Source: Candidatus Saccharimonadota bacterium (lineage in GTDB: Bacteria; Pseudomonadota; Gammaproteobacteria; Burkholderiales; Burkholderiaceae). From it: 32,000 nt of DNA. The stretch covers positions 304,620 through 336,619 of the forward strand of contig NZ_OZ026462.1 of assembly GCF_964019745.1 (NCBI RefSeq), read 5' to 3'. The notes under the pieces were generated by a model. The model ran no database searches, had not been told where the DNA came from, and saw only the letters and a list, made by a program, of their open reading frames with translations. Shown piece by piece: positions 1 through 7,411 of this stretch (position 1 is its first letter; the number at the start of each line of letters is the position of its first letter). The position numbers and the translations under genes are program-made.

Positions 1-183
1 AATTGTAAATTTAATTTAATTCCTTTTAATATTTTTCCAAAAACTAATTTTAAAAGTTCTTCTGAAAATAGAATTAAAAAATTTGCTAATATATTAATAA
101 AAGCTGGGATTATAACTACAATTAGAAAAACTAAAGGTTTTAGTATTAATGCTTCATGTGGTCAATTAATAGGTAAATTGTAA
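1..183 (+). CDS. rlmN: 23S rRNA/tRNA m2A methyltransferase RlmN (radical SAM), C-terminal fragment; 5' end lies outside the window
   Basis: Frame 1 reads NCKFNLIPFN...IRKTKGFSINASCGQLIGKL, stop TAA at 181-183. This matches my recollection of the E. coli RlmN C-terminus (VNLIPWNPF...VRKTRGDDIDAACGQLAG). Confidence 0.75.
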   Translation, partial: NCKFNLIPFNIFPKTNFKSSSENRIKKFANILIKAGIITTIRKTKGFSINASCGQLIGKL

Positions 184-215
184 AAATATTTTAAATATAT
201 TATAAATATATAAAA

Positions 216-1520
216 ATGTATTCTAAAAATAAAAAAATTTTAAGTGTTAAAGGTATGCATGATATTTTACCAATAGATATTGGTATTTGGGAATTTGTAG
301 AAAATACAATATATAATATATTAAATAGTTATGGATTTAAAAAAATAATAACTCCAATAGTTGAATATACAAATTTATTTAAAAAAACTTTATATGGTTC
401 AAATGATATTTTTTTAAAAGAAATGTATTCTTTTCAAGATAAATTAAATGGTGAAAAATTAACATTAAGACCTGAAAATACTTCAGGAGTTATTAGATCA
501 ATAATAGAACATAATTTAATACATTATGGAATAAAAAAAATTTATTATTCTGGTGCAATGTTTCGTCATGAAAAACCGCAATTTGGTAGATATCGTCAAT
601 TTCATCAAATAGGTGCTGAAGCTATAGATTATATAGGACCAGATATTGATGCTGAAATTATTATAATGTGTAATAGAATTTGGAAAAAATTAAATATAAA
701 AAATATAATATTAGAAATAAATTCTATTGGTGATATAGAAGATAGAAGATTATATAATAATGATCTTATTATATTTTTTAAAAAATATGAATATATGTTT
801 AATTCTAATGAATTAAAAAAATTTTATTCAAATCCTATTAGTATTTTTGATACAAAAAATTTAGAAATAATTAAAATAATAAATTTAGCTCCTAAATTAT
901 ATAATTATATTAATAATAATTCTATATATCATTTTGAAGAAATTAAAAAAATATTATTAAATAATAAAATTTATTTTAAAATAAATAATTATTTAGTAAG
1001 AGGAATAAATTATTATAATAAAACAGTATTTGAATGGAAAGATAAAGATAAAAATTATTCACAAAACACAATTTGTGCAGGAGGTCGTTATGATTATTTA
1101 ATAGAAAAAATAAGTGGAAAAAATATTCCAGGATGTGGTTTTGCTATAGGAATGGAAAGATTAATAGAAAAATTAAAATTTAATAATTTTAAAAAAAAAG
1201 AATATAAATATGATATATATATTATATATAAAGGTAAACAAGCTAAATTAAAATCTTTTTTATTAGCTGAAAAACTTAGAGATATAGGAAAAAAAGTTAT
1301 TTTACATTGTGAGCATAAAGAAAAAAATTCTAATATTAAATCACAAATAAAATTAGCAAATAAAAATAAAGTAAAATATTCTATAATAATTGGAGAAAAA
1401 GAGATTAAAAATAATACAGTTATTATTAAAAATATGAAATATTTTTTTAAAAAAAAACAGATAGAAATTCCTTTATTAAAAATAATTGATTTTTTTAAAA
1501 ATAAAAAATATAATTTATAA
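216..1520 (+). CDS. hisS: Histidine--tRNA ligase
   Basis: 434-aa ORF with class II HisRS signatures: LRPENTSGV, FRHEKPQFGRYRQFHQIG, GGRYDYL, GFAIGMERL. Confidence 0.95.
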   Translation: MYSKNKKILSVKGMHDILPIDIGIWEFVENTIYNILNSYGFKKIITPIVEYTNLFKKTLYGSNDIFLKEMYSFQDKLNGEKLTLRPENTSGVIRSIIEHNLIHYGIKKIYYSGAMFRHEKPQFGRYRQFHQIGAEAIDYIGPDIDAEIIIMCNRIWKKLNIKNIILEINSIGDIEDRRLYNNDLIIFFKKYEYMFNSNELKKFYSNPISIFDTKNLEIIKIINLAPKLYNYINNNSIYHFEEIKKILLNNKIYFKINNYLVRGINYYNKTVFEWKDKDKNYSQNTICAGGRYDYLIEKISGKNIPGCGFAIGMERLIEKLKFNNFKKKEYKYDIYIIYKGKQAKLKSFLLAEKLRDIGKKVILHCEHKEKNSNIKSQIKLANKNKVKYSIIIGEKEIKNNTVIIKNMKYFFKKKQIEIPLLKIIDFFKNKKYNL

Positions 1521-1544
1521 AATATATTATTTATATATTAAAAT

Positions 1545-2888
1545 ATGTTATATACTTTTTCTATTATAGGTAGAACAAATGTTGGAAAATCAGTTTTATT
1601 TAATAGATTAACTAATACTAAAAAATCTTTAGTTGCTAATTTTTCTGAAACTACTAGAGATAGAAATTATGGTATATGTGTAATAAATAATTATAAATTT
1701 ATACTTATTGATACTGGAGGATTTAATCCTCATATAAAAAATGGAATACTTTATGAAGTAGCAAAACAAACTAAACAAGCAATTTTTGAATCTGATTTAA
1801 TAATATTTTTAGTAGATGGACGTTATGGATTAACTTTTAATGATAAAAATATTGCTATATTTTTAAAAAAATATAATATTACTACTATTTTAGCAATAAA
1901 TAAAATAGAACATAAAAAGCATTTATCAAAAATATATGATTTTTATGAATTAGGACTAGGAATACCTAGTATAATTTCTGCTTTACATGGAAAAGGTATA
2001 GATAGTTTAATAGAAAAAATATTTAAAATAGTTAATTTAAAAAATAAATTACAAATAAATAAAAAAAAAGAAATAAATAATAAAATTAGTAATTCAATTA
2101 TTTTTTCTGTTGTTGGACAACCTAATGTTGGAAAATCGACTTTAATTAATAAACTTTTAAATAAAAATCGTGTTATAGTTCATGATTTTCCTGGTACTAC
2201 TAGAGATTCTATAGAAATAGAATTAAAATATTTAAATAAAAAATATATTGTAATAGATACAGCTGGTGTTAGTAAAAAAAATAAAAAAAATAATTTTATT
2301 GAAAAATTTTCAATTATTAAAACTTTAAATTCAATTAAAAAATCTAATGTAATATTATTAATGATAGATGCAACTTGTAAAATTTCTGTACAAGATATAA
2401 ATATAGCAAAATTTATTTTAAATTTAGGAAAGTCTTTAGTAATTGCTTTTAATAAATGTGATTTATTAAATTTACAAGAAAAAAAAAATATTAAAAATAT
2501 TTTTAATATAAAAATGAATTTTTTATATTTTGTAAATTTTTTTTTTATTTCTTCATTAAATTTAATAGGCATTAAATTATTAATGAAAGGTATAAATAAA
2601 GCTTATTTATCTTCTAAAATAAAATTTAAATCTTTTGAAATAAATAAAATTTTAAAAAATGCAATAATTTCTCATCCTCCTAAAAAAAAAGGATTTTTTA
2701 AACCAAAATTAAAATATGCTCATCAAGGTGGTAAAAATCCTCTAATTATTGTTATTCATGGAAATTCTTTAAATTTTTTAGAAAAAAGTTATAAACGTTA
2801 TTTAATAAATTTTTTTTTAAAATCATTTTTTATTGTTGGTACTCCTTTAAAATTAGAATTTAAAAATAGTTATAATCCTTATAATTAA
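1545..2888 (+). CDS. der: Ribosome-associated GTPase Der/EngA (tandem GTPase domains)
   Basis: Two P-loops (GRTNVGKS and GQPNVGKS), two DTGG/DTAG G3 motifs, NKIE/NKCD G4 motifs, and a C-terminal KH-like tail. Confidence 0.93.
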   Translation: MLYTFSIIGRTNVGKSVLFNRLTNTKKSLVANFSETTRDRNYGICVINNYKFILIDTGGFNPHIKNGILYEVAKQTKQAIFESDLIIFLVDGRYGLTFNDKNIAIFLKKYNITTILAINKIEHKKHLSKIYDFYELGLGIPSIISALHGKGIDSLIEKIFKIVNLKNKLQINKKKEINNKISNSIIFSVVGQPNVGKSTLINKLLNKNRVIVHDFPGTTRDSIEIELKYLNKKYIVIDTAGVSKKNKKNNFIEKFSIIKTLNSIKKSNVILLMIDATCKISVQDINIAKFILNLGKSLVIAFNKCDLLNLQEKKNIKNIFNIKMNFLYFVNFFFISSLNLIGIKLLMKGINKAYLSSKIKFKSFEINKILKNAIISHPPKKKGFFKPKLKYAHQGGKNPLIIVIHGNSLNFLEKSYKRYLINFFLKSFFIVGTPLKLEFKNSYNPYN

Positions 2889-2982
2889 AATTATTATTAT
2901 AATATAATATATAATAAAATATAAATAATTTTTAAAATTTATTAAATTAAATAATTAATTTATATTTTATAATATAATATAT

Positions 2983-4131
2983 ATGAATTTTTTTTTGGAA
3001 AATACTTCTAATATTTTACCACCTCAAGCTAGAAATATAGAAAAACTTCGTTATAAATTATTATCTTTTTTTCAAAAATTTGGATATATAATGATCACAC
3101 CATCATTATTTAAATATATTAATTTTTTTTTTTTTAAAAAAAAAATTAAAGAAAATATAAATTATAATTTATATAAAAAATTAAAAAAATTTTCTAATTT
3201 TTTTTTAAAAATTAAAAAAAAAAAAATTTTTGAAATTTTTAAAATTGCTACTTATCTTTTAAAAAAAAATTCTATAATAAAAATATGTTATATTAATAAT
3301 ATTTTATATACTACTAAAACATTAAATACATATATAAAAAAAGAATTTAATGAAATAGGTATAGGTATATATGGAAAAAATAATTTAAAATTTGATATTG
3401 AAATTCAAGAATTAGCTTTATTAATTTTAAAAAAAATAGGAATTTTAAATATTAAAGTAAGTTTGTGTCATACAGAAATTTTAAAATCAATTATTAAAAA
3501 AGATTTGATGGCTAAAAAACAAGAAAATTATTTATCATATTTATTATTTACTAAAAATATTTTTAAATTAAAAATTTTAACTAAAAATTTTTTACCTGAA
3601 GTAAAAAAAAATTTATTAAAAGTTCCTTATTTATATGGAAATATAAATATTTTAAAAAAAGCTAAAAAAATTTTTTTATTTTTTCCTAAAATTATTAAAG
3701 CTTTAGAAGAATTAGAAAATTTAATTAAATTAATAAAAAATAAAAATTATATTATAGATTTATCTGATTTTAACAATTATTATATGTATAATGGAATTAT
3801 ATTTAATATATATCATTTAAATTATTCTAATTCTATTATAGAAGGTGGAAGATATAATTTTTTTACAAAATTTTATAAAAGAATAAAATCAACTGTAGGA
3901 TTTACTATAAATTTAAAAAGAATTTTAAATTTAATTTTTAAAAAGAAAAAAAAAAAAGCTATATATGCGCCATGGTGTAATAATTTATTATTAAAAAAAA
4001 AAATTTTAAAATTGCGTAATATTGGAGAAATTGTTATTCAAAATATTTCTCATATTAATAAATATTATGAATATAAATTTAATAGAATTATTAAATTTAA
4101 AAAAGGATTTTGGGATATTTTATATTTTTAA
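2983..4131 (+). CDS. hisZ: ATP phosphoribosyltransferase regulatory subunit HisZ (HisRS paralogue), highly diverged
   Basis: 382-aa ORF with a HisRS-like N-terminus (ILPPQARNIEKLRYKLLSFFQKFGYIMITPSLF) and a GGRYNFF motif, but no anticodon-binding domain features. The position after der matches the betaproteobacterial der...hflC-hisZ arrangement. Confidence 0.7.
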   Translation: MNFFLENTSNILPPQARNIEKLRYKLLSFFQKFGYIMITPSLFKYINFFFFKKKIKENINYNLYKKLKKFSNFFLKIKKKKIFEIFKIATYLLKKNSIIKICYINNILYTTKTLNTYIKKEFNEIGIGIYGKNNLKFDIEIQELALLILKKIGILNIKVSLCHTEILKSIIKKDLMAKKQENYLSYLLFTKNIFKLKILTKNFLPEVKKNLLKVPYLYGNINILKKAKKIFLFFPKIIKALEELENLIKLIKNKNYIIDLSDFNNYYMYNGIIFNIYHLNYSNSIIEGGRYNFFTKFYKRIKSTVGFTINLKRILNLIFKKKKKKAIYAPWCNNLLLKKKILKLRNIGEIVIQNISHINKYYEYKFNRIIKFKKGFWDILYF

Positions 4132-4136
4132 AAATT

Positions 4137-4226
4137 GGAAGTGTGGCAGAGTGGTTTAATGCTCAGGTTTTGAAAACCTGTGTGTAGTTTTATACTTCAC
4201 CGTGAGTTCGAATCTCACCACTTCCT
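4137..4226 (+). tRNA. tRNA-Ser (anticodon UGA), long variable arm
   Basis: GC-rich island. Acceptor GGAAGTG/CACTTCC; anticodon stem CAGGT/ACCTG with loop TTTGAAA; T-loop GTTCGAATC. Closely resembles E. coli tRNA-Ser(UGA). No encoded CCA. Confidence 0.9.
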
Positions 4227-4257
4227 AAGAATAATAAATAAAATATAAAAATAATAT

Positions 4258-5079
4258 ATGATAAATAATATTATGAGTATTGCGGGTACTGATCCTATTA
4301 GTGGCGCGGGTATACAATCAGATATTAAAACTTTTTCTGCTTTAAAAACTTATGGAGTTAGTGTTATAACATCAATAATTTCACAAAATTCTTTTGAAGT
4401 TAGAAAAATTTTTCCGTTAAATCCTAATTTAGTTGTTAATCAAATGAATGCTATTTTTGATGATATTTATATTCATGCAATAAAAATTGGTGTTCTTGTT
4501 AATGATAAAATTATTAAAGCAATTTCTACAAATTTACAAAAAAAAAGAATAAAATGTCCAATTATTTTTGATCCTATTTTATTTTCAAGTAATGGTAAAT
4601 GTTTATTAAAAATTAAATATATAAAATCTTTAAAAGAAAATTTATTTCCATTATTAACATTAATAACTCCTAATTTATTTGAAATATTATTTTTAATAAA
4701 AAAAATAAAAAATAAAATTTTAAAAAAAGAAATATATTTATTATTAAGAGAAATAAGAGATTTTAATATTCCTTGGGTTTTATTAAAAGGAGGACATTTA
4801 AAAGGTAAAAAATGTATTGATTTTTTATGTAATTTTAAAAAAATAATAAAATTTATTTCAAAAAAAATAAATAATAAAAATATTCATGGAACTGGATGTA
4901 CATTTTCTTCAGCTATTACAGCTTTGTTGTCAAAATATAATAATATACCTATAAGTGTTTATTTAGCAAAAAAATATTTAAATAAAACTTTAATTAATTC
5001 TAATAAATTAAATATAACAAAAAAAAATTGTATAATTAATCATTTTTATAAATTTTGGAATAATTTTGATTTAATTTAA
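4258..5079 (+). CDS. thiD: Hydroxymethylpyrimidine/phosphomethylpyrimidine kinase
   Basis: N-terminus IAGTDPISGAGIQSDIKTFSAL, LKGGHL, and GTGCTFSSAITALL are typical ThiD/ribokinase-family motifs. Confidence 0.85.
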   Translation: MINNIMSIAGTDPISGAGIQSDIKTFSALKTYGVSVITSIISQNSFEVRKIFPLNPNLVVNQMNAIFDDIYIHAIKIGVLVNDKIIKAISTNLQKKRIKCPIIFDPILFSSNGKCLLKIKYIKSLKENLFPLLTLITPNLFEILFLIKKIKNKILKKEIYLLLREIRDFNIPWVLLKGGHLKGKKCIDFLCNFKKIIKFISKKINNKNIHGTGCTFSSAITALLSKYNNIPISVYLAKKYLNKTLINSNKLNITKKNCIINHFYKFWNNFDLI

Positions 5080-5112
5080 TTATTTTAAAAATATTTTATA
5101 AAAAAAATACAA

Positions 5113-6060
5113 ATGATAAAACATTCAAAAATTTTAGTTTTAGGAACAGGTCCTGCTGGTTGTACAGCTGCTATTTATTTAGCAAGAGCAAATTTATATA
5201 CTACATTAATAACAGGTCCAATTCCAGGTGGGCAATTAATTAGTACTTCAGGTATAGAAAATTGGCCAGGTGATTATCCTTCAGTAAAAGGAATAATATT
5301 AATGGAAAGAATGATAAATCATACTAAAAATTTAAAAATTAATTTAATTAATGATACTATAATTAAAGTTAATTTATTAAAAAAACCATTTTTATTAATA
5401 GGTAATAATGCTTCATATACTTGTGAAGCTTTAATTATTGCTACAGGAGCTTCTCCAAAGTATTTAGGATTACCTTTAGAAAAAGAATTATTAGGTAAAG
5501 GTATTTCTTTTTGTGCTACTTGTGATGGATTTTTTTTTCGTAATAAAAATGTTGCTGTTATAGGTGGGGGAAATACAGCAGTAGAAGAAGCATTATATTT
5601 AGCTAATATAGCTAAAAAAGTATTTATTATACATAGAAGAAATATTTTTAAAGCTGAAAAAATTTTAATAAATAGACTTAAAGATAAATCTATTAATTCT
5701 AAAATAGATATAAAATTTTCTTTTTTTTTAAAAAAAATATATGGTAATAAAGAACAAGGTTTAACAGGTATAAAAATACAATCTTTAGAAAATTCTAAAA
5801 ATATAATTAATTTATCTTTAGATGGATTATTTATAGCTATTGGACATGAACCTAATACAAATATTTTTAAAGATCAAATAAGTTTAACAAAAAATAAATA
5901 TATAAAAATAGGAATAGATAAAAAATATACTACTTCTACTAATATAAAAGGAATTTTTGCTGCAGGTGATGTTCATGATTTTAAATATAGACAAGCAATT
6001 ACTAGTTCTGGTTTTGGTTGTATGGCGGCTTTAGATGTACAAAAATATTTTAATAAATAA
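5113..6060 (+). CDS. trxB: Thioredoxin-disulfide reductase
   Basis: GTGPAG FAD-binding motif, redox-active CATCDG, GGGNTAVEEALYL NADPH-binding motif, C-terminal FAAGDV. Confidence 0.93.
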   Translation: MIKHSKILVLGTGPAGCTAAIYLARANLYTTLITGPIPGGQLISTSGIENWPGDYPSVKGIILMERMINHTKNLKINLINDTIIKVNLLKKPFLLIGNNASYTCEALIIATGASPKYLGLPLEKELLGKGISFCATCDGFFFRNKNVAVIGGGNTAVEEALYLANIAKKVFIIHRRNIFKAEKILINRLKDKSINSKIDIKFSFFLKKIYGNKEQGLTGIKIQSLENSKNIINLSLDGLFIAIGHEPNTNIFKDQISLTKNKYIKIGIDKKYTTSTNIKGIFAAGDVHDFKYRQAITSSGFGCMAALDVQKYFNK

Positions 6061-6150
6061 TTTTTTTTAAAATAAAATTAAAATTAAATAAAAATAAAAA
6101 TTAATTAATATTTATTTTTTTTTATTATTTTTTTATTAAATTTTTTAAAA

Positions 6151-6216
6151 ATATTAATATTAATATTAATATTAATATTAATATTAATATTAATATTAAT
6201 ATTTATATTTATATTA
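6151..6216. repeat. (ATATTA)n hexanucleotide microsatellite: 8 perfect units followed by about 3 degenerate units
   Basis: Direct reading: the ATATTA phase is kept from 6151 to 6198, then ATATTT ATATTT ATATTA. Confidence 0.9.
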
Positions 6217-6617
6217 ATAATATTTATTAAATTTTAATTTTATAATTATTTTAATTTTTATAATATTTTAATTATTAAAATAATTAAAAATAATTATTAA
6301 AAAATAATTATTCATTTTTTTAATATTTTTAATAAAAATTTTATAATTTATTAAATAAAATAAAAAATATAATAATATAAAATTATTTTTTTTAATTAAA
6401 TAAAATAAATTTATTATATATTTATTTATTAAAAATTTAATAAATTATGTTTAAAATAATTAAATTATAAAATTATAATTTATTTTTATTATTTTAAATT
6501 ATAAATTTATGTAATTTAATTTTATTTTAATAATATTTGTTATTTTTTAAAAAATATTATAAATATTTTATTTAAATTTATTTAAATTATTTAATATAAT
6601 AATAAAATATATATTAT

Positions 6618-7340
6618 ATGCAACATAGATTTTTTTATAATGGTATTTTAAAAAATAAAAAAAAAATAATTATTTCTAAAAAAAAAATTCATCATTTTAT
6701 GAATTTAAGAATTAAAAAAGGAGAAAAAATTATTTTATTTAATGGTTTAGGCGGTGAATATATTGCTTTTATTATAGAAATAAATAAAAAAAAAATATAT
6801 ATTAAAATATGTGATTTTATTAATAAATCTATTGAACTTCCTTACAAATTTAAATTAATACAAGCAATAGTAAAAAAATCAAAAATGAATTGGATAATAG
6901 AAAAATCTACAGAATTAGGTGTATATTGTATACAATTATTAAAAACTAAATATTGTAATTTACATTATAATAAAAAAAAAATAAAAAAAAAAATAATTAA
7001 TTGGGAAAATATAATAAAATCTTCTTCTGAACAATGTGGTAGAAATACTTTAATGAAAATATTTTCAATAAAAAAATTTTCGTTTTTTTTAAAAAGTAAA
7101 AAGAAAAAAATTTTATTTTCACCTAATTCAAATTTTTCAATTTTAAATTGGGCTAAAAATAATATTCCTCAAGATATAAATTTTTTAATTGGTCCAGAAG
7201 GAGGATTTAGTAAAAAAGAAGAAAATTTTGCTAAAAATAATAACGTAGAAATATTATCTTTAGGTCCTAGAATACTTAGAACAGAAACAGCAGGAATAAC
7301 TGTTGTTAATATACTTAAATCTATTTGGAATATTATATAA
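6618..7340 (+). CDS. rsmE: 16S rRNA (uracil1498-N3)-methyltransferase RsmE
   Basis: 240-aa ORF with the C-terminal SPOUT signature LIGPEGGFSKKEENF...LSLGPRILRTETAG. Confidence 0.85.
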   Translation: MQHRFFYNGILKNKKKIIISKKKIHHFMNLRIKKGEKIILFNGLGGEYIAFIIEINKKKIYIKICDFINKSIELPYKFKLIQAIVKKSKMNWIIEKSTELGVYCIQLLKTKYCNLHYNKKKIKKKIINWENIIKSSSEQCGRNTLMKIFSIKKFSFFLKSKKKKILFSPNSNFSILNWAKNNIPQDINFLIGPEGGFSKKEENFAKNNNVEILSLGPRILRTETAGITVVNILKSIWNII

Positions 7341-7411
7341 TTTTTTATATAATATGTAAATATTATTTTTATAAAATAATTTGTTATAAATATTATAATA
7401 TATATTATAAA

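Noticed and set aside
2180-2572. 130-aa ORF on the minus strand
   Set aside because: It lies entirely antisense within der. Its F/K/I low-complexity composition is what the reverse complement of an AT-rich gene is expected to give, and it has no recognisable motif.
7325-7411. 29-codon N-terminal extension of the ileS ORF (MEYYIIFYIICKYYFYK...) overlapping rsmE
   Set aside because: It has no counterpart in IleS. The ATG at 7412 gives an N-terminus colinear with E. coli IleS, so the extension is an ORF-caller artefact of stop-poor AT-rich sequence.
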